The notes beneath the pieces were generated by a model. It was given only the letters and a program-made list of their open reading frames with translations. It did not search any database and was not told the DNA's origin. From a bacterium (GTDB taxonomy: Bacteria; Bdellovibrionota; UBA2428), in NCBI GenBank assembly GCA_009991595.1, contig JAACVK010000030.1:11262-75261 (forward strand): a stretch of 64,000 nt of DNA, read 5' to 3'. The position numbers and the translations under genes are program-made. Of this stretch, positions 29,208 through 38,542 are shown in pieces (the stretch's first letter is position 1; every line of letters starts with the position of its first letter).

Positions 29208-29854
29208 AAGCGTCCGTTTTTCAAACGGTATTGAAAATTATATTGCTCCGCGAGGTGCCCATCATGGGTCACCGACAGCAAAGTCACATTTCGTTGCTTC
29301 GTTAAGTTGAGCAATAAGCGCACCACGTCCTGGGCTCGCTCTGGATCAAGATTCCCCGTAGCTTCGTCTGTAAGCAGCACTTGCGGATCGTTAATCAGCG
29401 CCCGAGCAATAGCAACGCGCTGCGCCTCACCGCCCGAAAGCTGCCAAGGGTAGTAACGCGACTTGTCTAATATGCCTACCTCGTCCAAGAGCGCCTCTGC
29501 CTTTTTTTTATCTTCCGTTCCCCGAAGAGTGCTAGGTAACATCACGTTCTGAAGAACACTCAGCTCTGGAATCAAATGATGAAACTGGAAAATAAACCCC
29601 AGGGTGTTGAGTCGAAACAAAGAGCGCTCACGATCACTCATGCCACTTACTTTTTTACCGTCAATGAGAAGATCACCAGAGTCGATGTCATCCAGTAAAC
29701 CAAAGCAGTTCAGCAGAGTTGATTTACCCGATCCAGACTCTCCACGAAGCGAAACGCTCGAACCAGTAGGAACTTCAAAATCTAACTGGTCCAAAACCAT
29801 CAAACGCTCAGGAGTGAAATACGCTTTGGAAATTTTCTTCGCCTGAAAAATCAT
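29183..29854 (-). CDS. lolD: ABC transporter ATP-binding protein, LolD-like
   Basis: Walker A GESGSGKST, signature LSGGEAQRV, Walker B LLTDEATGNLD, H-loop THD. The track ORF opens on TTG at 30022; the in-frame ATG at 29854 gives the typical N-terminus MIFQAKKISKAY. Confidence 0.78.
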   Translation of the reverse strand: MIFQAKKISKAYFTPERLMVLDQLDFEVPTGSSVSLRGESGSGKSTLLNCFGLLDDIDSGDLLIDGKKVSGMSDRERSLFRLNTLGFIFQFHHLIPELSVLQNVMLPSTLRGTEDKKKAEALLDEVGILDKSRYYPWQLSGGEAQRVAIARALINDPQVLLTDEATGNLDPERAQDVVRLLLNLTKQRNVTLLSVTHDGHLAEQYNFQYRLKNGRLWDCVGKS

Positions 29855-30106
29855 TCCGGATAAACCTAAGCTTAGCCTTGTTGTATGTCTACACCATGAC
29901 CAAGCTACGGATACAGTGCCTCGCGTTAAACGCAACCCTTTCGGAGGGTTTATGCAGTCATCTCGGGTTTTTCTGCAAGAGGCTGGAGCAATGTCCGAAA
30001 ACATGATCCTCGTCATAGGCAATGGGAATCGTTTTACAAGACAACTATCTGGACTATAAACAGGCTCGTGGTTCTAATAACAGAACCTTCAACCGGGAGG
30101 AATTTA

Positions 30107-30880
30107 ATGAAAACAATTCAAAATTTATTTTTAGCTTCAACGCTAGTATTAGGATCTCAAGTGGCTCTTGCAGAGGCAGACAGCGTTTTAATCGAAGTAG
30201 GAGTGCAACGAGTTTTTGTTCCACTCAACGGATATGACGACAACGACACAGTGGAGGTTGTTATCGATGGCTACCTACCAAACTCTTGTTACACGCTCGA
30301 ACAACACGTCGTTGAACGAAATGCCGAAGACAATTCGTTCTCAATCAAACAGTATGCGGTTCAACAAATGGGAGGCCTCTGCGCAGAATCCAATTCAGAG
30401 GACCCTCGCCTTACAACATTGGTTCCTTATACCAACACAATCGTTCTCGGAAAAGTTGACGCTGGTTCATACAAAGTTGAGTTCACACCTGACAGAGTGT
30501 CTACTCAAAACCGAGCCTTCAATGTGACACAAGCGCCCGTCACTACAATCGACACACTTCCGTATGCCATGGTGACGAACGTTCAAATCTCCGACCTCGT
30601 GCAATCTGGAAACCATATTGCCGCCGAGATTAGCGGAACCTTGAACAACTCTTGTTATCACTTTAACGACACTGTTCGCGTTGAAAAAGTTGATGATGTT
30701 TTGGTGGTTTTACCAACAATCACAGTCGACATGAGTCAACCCTGTTTGATGTTTGTAAGAACCTTCAGCAAAACTGTCGACCTAGGCGCCTACTCTGCAG
30801 ATCGCTACTTACTTCATGTGCGTAGCATGAACGGAAAATCTCTAAACAGAGTGTTCTCCGTGGTCGATGCTGTGAACTAA
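30107..30880 (+). CDS. hypothetical secreted protein with two tandem Cys-containing domains
   Basis: Signal peptide MKTIQNLFLASTLVLGSQVALA. An internal duplication is visible (DGYLPNSCYTLEQH versus SGTLNNSCYHFNDT). Followed by a strong terminator. Confidence 0.6.
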   Translation: MKTIQNLFLASTLVLGSQVALAEADSVLIEVGVQRVFVPLNGYDDNDTVEVVIDGYLPNSCYTLEQHVVERNAEDNSFSIKQYAVQQMGGLCAESNSEDPRLTTLVPYTNTIVLGKVDAGSYKVEFTPDRVSTQNRAFNVTQAPVTTIDTLPYAMVTNVQISDLVQSGNHIAAEISGTLNNSCYHFNDTVRVEKVDDVLVVLPTITVDMSQPCLMFVRTFSKTVDLGAYSADRYLLHVRSMNGKSLNRVFSVVDAVN

Positions 30881-30908
30881 GTGCAAGCAAGACCTTGACT
30901 TCAGTATT

Positions 30909-30946
30909 AGGTGGGTCGTCTTTGAAACGACCCACCTAATTTTTTA
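30909..30946 (+). terminator. rho-independent terminator after the 30107-30880 gene
   Basis: AGGTGGGTCGT-ctttgaa-ACGACCCACCT is a perfect 11-bp stem, followed by AATTTTTT. Confidence 0.75.
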
Positions 30947-31092
30947 AACGCCCTACCCTTGTTTTCAATATTAAGATTTTGTCCAAAGACTCTACAAGAT
31001 CGAAAGTTCGACACTCACAATACACCTAAGCCGCTGATTTTACATGATAAAATCTTAACAAAAGCTGGGCCCATTCTTGCAATAATAGACCC

Positions 31093-32205
31093 ATGAGGGC
31101 TTTCACAATGTTAAGACCAACTAGATTCTTAGGCACCTTTTTGGCCGGATTTCTCCTTTGCAGCACAATAAGCAAGCAGGCAATGGCCAAGAAGCCCTAC
31201 GAGATAATCCTAGAACGAGCCCGTAAGAAGCGAAAAGAAAACCAGGAAAAGCAAAAACCAAAAGTGCCCCTTTTTGAGAAACTCTTTTCAAAGTTCAAAA
31301 AAAGAAACAAGCAACCTGAAGGCCAAGAAAAGCTCAATGAAGAAACGCAGGTTCCAATCATTCTAGGGCGAGATTCAACGCCTAGCTATCGAGATGATAA
31401 CAGACCTGGTTTTGGTCAGATTATAAATGAGATTCAACCCATCGAGGAGCTTGATGCCGCAAGCGAAGGAAATCCCCAAAACCACCTAGAGCCCATCGGC
31501 CTGGGAGAAAGCTTCTTGATCCAGCTTCCAGAAGAAATGAGCGGCCAAGAAATAGAAGAAATTAGAAGAGCGCAAATCCCTACTCAACCCATGGAAACAG
31601 GAATTCTATTCCAAAGCTCTACCCCGGCGGCGCCAGAGCAAAGAGCTCCTATTTCTAAAATTGCGCTCGAGGCTAAGCTTCGAAATCTTGCCGATCAATA
31701 CATTGAACTAGACAGAGGAAATGTTCGGACCATTCCAAATGAAAACAACTGGAGCAGAAGGTTAAACGGTACAGAAATCGCCTCTAGACAATCAAAGCTT
31801 CTTGCCGAAATGGTCAGCCTTCAAGAAGGATTGGAAAAAATAGACAATCCTATGGCCGAGGTAGATCAAACTATGCTTAAAGAGAAGGTAGAGAGAAATA
31901 TACAAGCACGTTTCGAGGAACAAAAAAGCGCTGCACAAGGTGCCATTAGAGTGAATCAGGAGTTTGTGAATCAAAACCAACAAGAAATCGATGCTCTTGA
32001 TCGAGAACTTCGAGAGAAACTAAGAAACGATCTAGCCTTTCACTACAGTGAGCGAGCCGAAGAAATTCGTAGCGAAATCCAAAAGCGGAAAAATAGCAAC
32101 GCCAATCTAAGCCTAGAAGCTCACAGAATAGAGACTGCCAACAGGGAAGCTTCCTCAAAAATAAGACCCACAGATTGGTGTCGGGTTAGTATAAAAGGCT
32201 TCTGA
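31093..32205 (+). CDS. hypothetical secreted charged/coiled-coil protein
   Basis: Hydrophobic N-terminus (LGTFLAGFLLCSTISKQAMA), then a Lys/Glu/Gln-rich low-complexity sequence. No enzymatic motif seen. Confidence 0.55.
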   Translation: MRAFTMLRPTRFLGTFLAGFLLCSTISKQAMAKKPYEIILERARKKRKENQEKQKPKVPLFEKLFSKFKKRNKQPEGQEKLNEETQVPIILGRDSTPSYRDDNRPGFGQIINEIQPIEELDAASEGNPQNHLEPIGLGESFLIQLPEEMSGQEIEEIRRAQIPTQPMETGILFQSSTPAAPEQRAPISKIALEAKLRNLADQYIELDRGNVRTIPNENNWSRRLNGTEIASRQSKLLAEMVSLQEGLEKIDNPMAEVDQTMLKEKVERNIQARFEEQKSAAQGAIRVNQEFVNQNQQEIDALDRELREKLRNDLAFHYSERAEEIRSEIQKRKNSNANLSLEAHRIETANREASSKIRPTDWCRVSIKGF

Positions 32206-32210
32206 ATAGA

Positions 32211-33473
32211 TTAACGTCGATGCCCAAGCACCGACACGATCGACATTCTAGAGAGCATAAAGCCTAACAAACTAGCCACGCCAAAAGCTGAAAGCATACC
32301 AAAGCCAAAAACAAAACTCTGTTCTATAAACTCAAAACGAATCGGCAACTGAGAGACATTGTAAATATCGGCGGGCAGCTTTAAAAAAGGTAAACTTGGT
32401 AAAACGAAAGAAAGCAAATAACTGAGTGAAAAACCAATGGCGGTGGCAACGATTCCCATAAAAAAGCCCTGCAAAGAAGTCCAACGCATCAACTGCCGCT
32501 TAGACATACCAAGCGCTCGGATAAGAGCAATTTGACGATCTTTCTCAAAGAAAAGCACCAACAAGCTAGTTGCAACATTGAGAGCCGCAACAATGGTCAG
32601 CATCGCCATAACAACTGAAACAAGTCTTTTGTCGTGAGCAATTCCACCAAAGAAGTTTTTTTGCTCTTCTTTCCAAGAGGAGATGCGCGATACAGAATCC
32701 CCCGTTATCTTCTCCATATAAGTTTGTAGAGACTGAGCCATCCCGCTCATTTCTGCATTGTTTGCTCGATTTAAACTAGGGTCGAGAAAAAATCTCATCG
32801 CGTGAAAATCTCCTAAGCGACGAGAAAAAACATCAGGGTGATGTTTGCTAATGTAGCTTGTTAACTCCACTTCATCCAAAACGATGCGTCTTGAATCTAA
32901 ATGATGAATCCCTAAGCCATCCAAAGATTTAAGCTTCAGAGGGATCGCCTTTTTAAGATAGCCAGGGATAACAACACTAAAGGTGTCGCCTTCTTTTATC
33001 CCAAGGTAGTCAGCCAAACTTTGAGCGAGGGTCGCCGAAACAAATCTTGGAATTTGTATAGGTTTATCTTTCAAGCTCAAAAAACTGCGCCGAACCTCTG
33101 CTCGAACTCCGCGACCCGCTTCTTTTCCCACAATCATAACGGGAGCCGTCCAGAACATTTCAGCATCCTTCATCGCCACAGGAAACTCCTCTAAAGAATC
33201 GGGCAAGGAGGCGAAGTTATACCAATCACTCGCCTCGAAACGAAAGTGGCCGTTCTTCTCAATCACTCGACTAGATAAGAGTGATTCAAAGCCACTAAAA
33301 ACAGCAAGGGTTAAGGAAAGAGCACAAACACCTAAACTTAAAGCAACAATAGCGGCCCGAATACTACCAACAGACAGAGGCCGCTTAACAGAGTTTTTCC
33401 CCTGGTCTTGAACATAGCCACCCTTAAAAAGCCAAAGCCAGGTCAGGCGCCACCAACTCTTAGGAAAAATCAA
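32211..33473 (-). CDS. lipoprotein-releasing ABC transporter permease LolC/LolE family (FtsX-like)
   Basis: N-terminal TM, large periplasmic MacB-like domain, C-terminal three-TM FtsX domain. 420 aa. Confidence 0.82.
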   Translation of the reverse strand: MIFPKSWWRLTWLWLFKGGYVQDQGKNSVKRPLSVGSIRAAIVALSLGVCALSLTLAVFSGFESLLSSRVIEKNGHFRFEASDWYNFASLPDSLEEFPVAMKDAEMFWTAPVMIVGKEAGRGVRAEVRRSFLSLKDKPIQIPRFVSATLAQSLADYLGIKEGDTFSVVIPGYLKKAIPLKLKSLDGLGIHHLDSRRIVLDEVELTSYISKHHPDVFSRRLGDFHAMRFFLDPSLNRANNAEMSGMAQSLQTYMEKITGDSVSRISSWKEEQKNFFGGIAHDKRLVSVVMAMLTIVAALNVATSLLVLFFEKDRQIALIRALGMSKRQLMRWTSLQGFFMGIVATAIGFSLSYLLSFVLPSLPFLKLPADIYNVSQLPIRFEFIEQSFVFGFGMLSAFGVASLLGFMLSRMSIVSVLGHRR

Positions 33474-33477
33474 ATAA

Positions 33478-34962
33478 CTATTCCCCTCTCATTTGAGGAA
33501 ACAAAATCACATCACGAATACTAGCGCTATTAGTGAGAAGCATCGTCAAACGGTCAATACCGATCCCTTCGCCCGCTGTTGGCGGCAGACCAAACTCTAA
33601 GGCGTTAATGTAGTCAGCGTCGTAATCACAAGCCTCATCATTGCCCGCGTCTTTCTCAGCAACCTGGGCTTCGAAGCGAGACTTCTGATCATCTGGGTCG
33701 TTGAGTTCGTTGAAACCGTTTGCAATCTCGGTGCCACAAACATACAATTCAAAGCGATCGGTGACATCAAAACCCTCTGAGGAGGGTTTATCAGAACGGC
33801 GAGCCAGTGGCGAAATTTCAGTCGGAAACCCAACTACAAAAGTTGGCTGTCTAAGTTGACTCTCAACGTCTTCCTCAAAGATTAAAGACAGTAAAGTTCC
33901 AGGTCCCTCTCGACCTGTTAATGTCACACCACGCTTCTTCAAATAAGCGCGCATGCCATCGTGATCCTGAAGCTTGCCTTCATAGGCGGAATGCGTTTTC
34001 ACCGCATTCTCCATCGAGATTCGCGTCCAAGGAGATTTAAAATTCAATTTCTCACCTTGGTATTCCAACTCGAAGCTTCCGTGAATGTCGTGAACCAAGG
34101 CGCTCACTAATTCTTCGGTCATATCCATCAACTTATGATAAGTGGCGTAAGCCATATAAAACTCAAGCATTGTAAACTCAGGATTATGCCGAACACTGAT
34201 TCCTTCATTTCTAAAGTTGCGGTTGATTTCAAAAACTCGCTCTAATCCACCCACCACCAAACGCTTTAAATGCAACTCGGGTGCAATTCTCAAGAATAGT
34301 GGAATATCTAAAGCGTTGTGATGCGTCTTGAACGGTTTGGCCGTTGCGCCAGAAACTAGAGAATGCATCATGGGAGTTTCGACTTCTAAAAAGTCGCGTT
34401 TTAAAAAATAGTCTCGAACACCCTGAACAATTTTAGATCGCGTTTTAAAAGTTTTTCTTGTCTCTTCGTTAGAAATCAAATCCAGATAACGCTTACGATA
34501 GCGCTCTTCAACATCCGTCAAACCATGAAACTTTTCAGGAGGTGTGTGCAAACACTTCGACAAGATCTGAAGCTTCAAACACTCCAGAGTGAGCTCCTCG
34601 GTTTTAGTTCTAAACAGAGTGCCCTCTGCGCGGACAATGTCTCCCAGATCAAGCCCCTTAAAGGCCGCAAAACTGGGATCATCGAGTTTTTCTTTAGACA
34701 CGTGAATCTGGATTTGACCATGACGATCGCGAATTTTTATAAATCCAGCCTTACCAAAAGAGCGAACAAAGGAAACACGACCGGCCAACTCAAAGCTGCC
34801 CGCCGATTCTAACTCAGTCGGATCGTTAACATCCTTATACTTTTGAAGAATTCCCTCACTGGTGTTTCCGACAGAAACATTGTGAGGATAAGCCACTCCG
34901 GCCTCTCTCAATCTGGATAATTTCTCTCGCCGGACTCGGCTCTGCTCGTCAATTTCGCTCAT
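33478..34962 (-). CDS. lysS: lysine--tRNA ligase (class II)
   Basis: N-terminal OB anticodon-binding domain plus class II core motifs (FRNEGISVRHNPEFTMLE, GGLERVFE, GIGIDRL). 494 aa. Confidence 0.93.
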   Translation of the reverse strand: MSEIDEQSRVRREKLSRLREAGVAYPHNVSVGNTSEGILQKYKDVNDPTELESAGSFELAGRVSFVRSFGKAGFIKIRDRHGQIQIHVSKEKLDDPSFAAFKGLDLGDIVRAEGTLFRTKTEELTLECLKLQILSKCLHTPPEKFHGLTDVEERYRKRYLDLISNEETRKTFKTRSKIVQGVRDYFLKRDFLEVETPMMHSLVSGATAKPFKTHHNALDIPLFLRIAPELHLKRLVVGGLERVFEINRNFRNEGISVRHNPEFTMLEFYMAYATYHKLMDMTEELVSALVHDIHGSFELEYQGEKLNFKSPWTRISMENAVKTHSAYEGKLQDHDGMRAYLKKRGVTLTGREGPGTLLSLIFEEDVESQLRQPTFVVGFPTEISPLARRSDKPSSEGFDVTDRFELYVCGTEIANGFNELNDPDDQKSRFEAQVAEKDAGNDEACDYDADYINALEFGLPPTAGEGIGIDRLTMLLTNSASIRDVILFPQMRGE

Positions 34963-35008
34963 CTCTCCTCTCTAAACCGGGCCTAGGCCATAGCCAAGGC
35001 CTCTCAGG

Positions 35009-35034
35009 TGAAAATTTAACCCCTGAAAATTTTA
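35009..35034. repeat. direct repeat TGAAAATTTA / TGAAAATTTTA in the lysS / 35100 divergent promoter region
   Basis: Read directly from the sequence. Two near-identical 10-11 bp AT-rich copies lie 5 bp apart, and each contains the AAATTT palindrome. Confidence 0.3.
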
Positions 35035-35099
35035 AGATGTTGAGTTTTCAATGGTTTTCTTAATTGCCCTCACCAGCCGATCAGGCTATTCTCTGTTGC

Positions 35100-35567
35100 A
35101 TGCAAGACATCGATTTTGAGAACTTCAGCGTCGAACAAGAGAAGGCCGAAGAAATTCGCCGGAGCATTGAGATTATCAAAGAGCAGGACTTGGTCGCTGA
35201 TCTTAAGATCCTTTGCAGTGAGCTCGGCTATGACGTCGAAGTGCCTGGCGAGCAAGAGAGCCTCCCAGGAATGGGCAAAGGCCCCAAGGATTTGTGCCTA
35301 GAGATTTGTTCCATTGAGAACAACCGCGAATACCTCTTTGAGTTGGCTGGCAATGAACTGCGATTTAGCATCGCCGGACAGTTAGTTTGCGATGTTTCTT
35401 TCTTGCCCAAGAACAATGAATTTTTAGTGGGCTTTGTGCACACTGAACTGTGGAAAGCCTTCGAAGAAGAACACTCTGCTTTTGAAAACATTGTCGCTAT
35501 GGCCAAGAAAAGAAAAGGCGAACGCCAAAAGCTTTGGAAAGCCCGCTTCAATAAAAAGAAAAACTAA
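35100..35567 (+). CDS. hypothetical cytoplasmic protein
   Basis: The track ORF opens on TTG at 35064; the in-frame ATG at 35100 (MQDIDFENF) is the more likely start. No family motif. Confidence 0.5.
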   Translation: MQDIDFENFSVEQEKAEEIRRSIEIIKEQDLVADLKILCSELGYDVEVPGEQESLPGMGKGPKDLCLEICSIENNREYLFELAGNELRFSIAGQLVCDVSFLPKNNEFLVGFVHTELWKAFEEEHSAFENIVAMAKKRKGERQKLWKARFNKKKN

Positions 35568-35570
35568 TTA

Positions 35571-36533
35571 TTAATACAACTCGACTTGGTCGCCGGGGAA
35601 AACACCCCCACCACTTTGAAGAATTGCTATAGACCCATCTAACCCAAAATATTGGATCACTTTGATAGTGCCCTTTAAACGTCCTGGAGCTGCCCCAACA
35701 GGCATACCGCTGTCAGGATCGTAGATATCACGTGATCGCTCTAAAACTTTCAGCACATCCCCCAGCCGGATTCCGGTAGTTCGACCTGAGTTGATAAAAA
35801 TTCGATTGGACTCAATCTTCAGAATCTTACCCTGCCATCCCAGTTTTCCCGAGTAGGGGATGAGTTCATACATAATCTTCTTTGCAATCTTATTTGCGAC
35901 AAGACCAATTTTCTTTCGTGGCTGCGAAAGCTTGTTGGTTAAGCGCATAACATCCGACCTGGTTTCGGCAAAATAATCTTCAACCTCACCTTCATGCACT
36001 TTACGGCCAGAAACAGCATCGTAAAGCTCGTATCTAACTCGCACTTTCAGCATGACTTTGCGAGTTCGAAGCACGCCCTCGGCTTCTTCTTCCTCTACGA
36101 CCTCTACACTCAGGACGTCACCCTTTAAAAAACCCGCAACAGTTGCCCCTTGTGCGATTTTTACTAACTCTTCGTGATCTGTGCTGCTATCAATACCAAT
36201 CGCCTTTAAGGTGCGCTGGTCACTTGTGGGTAGAATGAATGGATTAGTGGCTCGTCCGGTCTCTCCAAACAGTTCTACTTGTAAAATTGCAGGAACATGA
36301 TAGCGCTCAATTTCTTCGTTAGTGGCGTAACTCTTTGTGAATGGAAGAATCCAAAGTCTTTTATTTAAATCGGGTGTCGCAAATTTGCGCTTCTCCTTTT
36401 GAGCGATCACTGCTTTGTTGCTTGTTCCCGCTAGCTGAGGGTCTTGCCGCACGACTGGCTTCACACAAGCACTTAAAAGGACCGCCGTTATCAAGGTGAA
36501 TAAAATCCGCATAACCTTTAGTTTAAGGCTCAT
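35571..36533 (-). CDS. hypothetical lipoprotein
   Basis: Lipoprotein signal with lipobox LLSAC (MRILFTLITAVLLSAC). 320 aa. No confident family assignment. Confidence 0.55.
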   Translation of the reverse strand: MSLKLKVMRILFTLITAVLLSACVKPVVRQDPQLAGTSNKAVIAQKEKRKFATPDLNKRLWILPFTKSYATNEEIERYHVPAILQVELFGETGRATNPFILPTSDQRTLKAIGIDSSTDHEELVKIAQGATVAGFLKGDVLSVEVVEEEEAEGVLRTRKVMLKVRVRYELYDAVSGRKVHEGEVEDYFAETRSDVMRLTNKLSQPRKKIGLVANKIAKKIMYELIPYSGKLGWQGKILKIESNRIFINSGRTTGIRLGDVLKVLERSRDIYDPDSGMPVGAAPGRLKGTIKVIQYFGLDGSIAILQSGGGVFPGDQVELY

Positions 36534-36625
36534 TAGCGCTCAGCTCTAGCCCGCGAACTGTCAGGTTTCAGGCATAGGCCGGAGCCGACATCTAAAGCCA
36601 AGACATGACTTGAACTATAGCAGTA

Positions 36626-38542
36626 GTGAGCATAGCATCGAAAATTAAGCACTTTTTAAATATGAGCAACCAAGAAAACAAACACAGCAATGGAATTTGG
36701 TCAGTTTGCCTAGCATCTCTAGGCATCGTTTATGGAGACATCGGCACAAGCCCACTCTACGCTTTCAGAGAATGTTTCATTGAAGACCACGGACTGATGC
36801 TCAAAGAAGCTAGTGTTTTGGGTGTTTTGTCACTCATTTTTTGGTCTCTTGTAACAGTAATCAGTCTTAAATACATGGTCTTCGTTCTGCGGGCAGACAA
36901 CAATGGAGAAGGCGGTGTCCTTGCTTTAAGCGAACTCTGCCAAGTGGAAGCCAAACGAGGGAAACTAAAAAAAGTAATCATAGCCGCAGGACTATTCGGC
37001 TCTGCTCTTCTTTACGGAGATGGAGTCATCACCCCTGCGATTTCTGTTTTAAGTGCGATAGAAGGTTTGAACGTTGCCACCCCCATTTTTGAAGACTTCA
37101 TAGTTCCGATCACAATTGTAATTCTAATGGGCTTATTTGCGGTTCAAAAAGGCGGCACTGCTAAAATTGGTAAAATCCTAGGACCCGTTATGCTTGTGTG
37201 GTTCTCGTTTTTAGCAATCTTAGGAGTCAAAGGTATTCTTTTGAACCCAAGTGTTTTAAAGGCCATTTCCCCCTATTACGCGCTTCACTACTTTGTAGAA
37301 TTTAAAACTGCAGCTTTTGTCTCCATGGGTGCAGTTTTCTTAGTAGTCACCGGAGGTGAAGCTCTCTATGCAGACATGGGTCACTTTAACAAACGCCCCA
37401 TCCGTCTGGCTTGGTTCTATCTAACTCTACCAGCTCTGCTTTTAAATTATTTTGGACAAGGTGCTTTGCTCATCCAAAATCCAGAGGCAATTGTTAACCC
37501 ATTTTATGAACTCGTACCAAGGTTTCTGCTTTACCCAGCCATTCTCCTCGCCACCTGTGCGACGGTGATTGCCTCCCAAGCCGTCATTTCAGGAGTGTTC
37601 TCACTAACAACTCAAGCCATACAGCTGGGCTACTCCCCTCGCTTTAAAATCGTCCACACTTCCCAAAAGGAAATTGGACAAGTCTACTTACCGCAAATCA
37701 ATCGAATCATGTGTGTTGCGACTATTTTACTAGTCCTCATGTTTAAGTCATCCACCTCTTTGGCGGCCGCCTATGGAATCGCAGTATCTCTTACAATGAT
37801 TCTCACCACTTTGCTGGTTCTTTATCTAGCCATTAAAAAATGGAACTGGCCTAAATGGGGAATAGTCCTCTTCGCTTTATTTTTCGTCAGCTTAGATGGT
37901 TTGTTCTTCTCTGCAAATGCACTTAAATTTATGGACGGCGGTTGGTTCCCTCTGGTCGTTGCAAGCAGCATTTTCATAATGATGACGACCTGGAGAAAAG
38001 GCCGAAGGCTTTTGGCTATTGTCATGAAGAAAAGCATCGTCAACATTTCAAAGCTCCAAGAGATTATCGACGAGAACAAAGCCATTACGGTTGATGGCAC
38101 GGCCGTGTTTATGATCGGAAACCCCGACACACTTCCACCTGCCTTGATTCACAACCTAAGAAACAACCGGGTGATTCATAAAACGAATATCTTCTTAACC
38201 TTCACAAGCACCATCTCGGCTTACGTGCCTTACAATCAACAGATCACCATTCTGCACAAAGACCAATACTACACGCGCGTTCTTGTAAAAATTGGTTTTA
38301 GACAAGAGCCAAAAGTTCCTGCCATCTTGAAGAGGTTGCAAGATCAGATTCCAGTTGGAGACTTAGATCGCATCACTTACTTCATCGGTCGAGAAACCCT
38401 TATTCCATCAAGAGACTTTGGCCTCGTATTCTGGAGAGCTCAACTTTTCGCAATGATGGCAAAGAATGCCCAATCAGCGACTCAATTCTTCGAAATTCCA
38501 CCCGACCAAGTGATGGAAATCGGAATGCAGTTAAAAATTTAA
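36626..38542 (+). CDS. kup: KUP/HAK/KT family potassium uptake protein
   Basis: Signature LGIVYGDIGTSPLYAF near the N-terminus, 12 TM core, cytoplasmic C-terminal domain. 638 aa. Confidence 0.93.
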   Translation: MSIASKIKHFLNMSNQENKHSNGIWSVCLASLGIVYGDIGTSPLYAFRECFIEDHGLMLKEASVLGVLSLIFWSLVTVISLKYMVFVLRADNNGEGGVLALSELCQVEAKRGKLKKVIIAAGLFGSALLYGDGVITPAISVLSAIEGLNVATPIFEDFIVPITIVILMGLFAVQKGGTAKIGKILGPVMLVWFSFLAILGVKGILLNPSVLKAISPYYALHYFVEFKTAAFVSMGAVFLVVTGGEALYADMGHFNKRPIRLAWFYLTLPALLLNYFGQGALLIQNPEAIVNPFYELVPRFLLYPAILLATCATVIASQAVISGVFSLTTQAIQLGYSPRFKIVHTSQKEIGQVYLPQINRIMCVATILLVLMFKSSTSLAAAYGIAVSLTMILTTLLVLYLAIKKWNWPKWGIVLFALFFVSLDGLFFSANALKFMDGGWFPLVVASSIFIMMTTWRKGRRLLAIVMKKSIVNISKLQEIIDENKAITVDGTAVFMIGNPDTLPPALIHNLRNNRVIHKTNIFLTFTSTISAYVPYNQQITILHKDQYYTRVLVKIGFRQEPKVPAILKRLQDQIPVGDLDRITYFIGRETLIPSRDFGLVFWRAQLFAMMAKNAQSATQFFEIPPDQVMEIGMQLKI

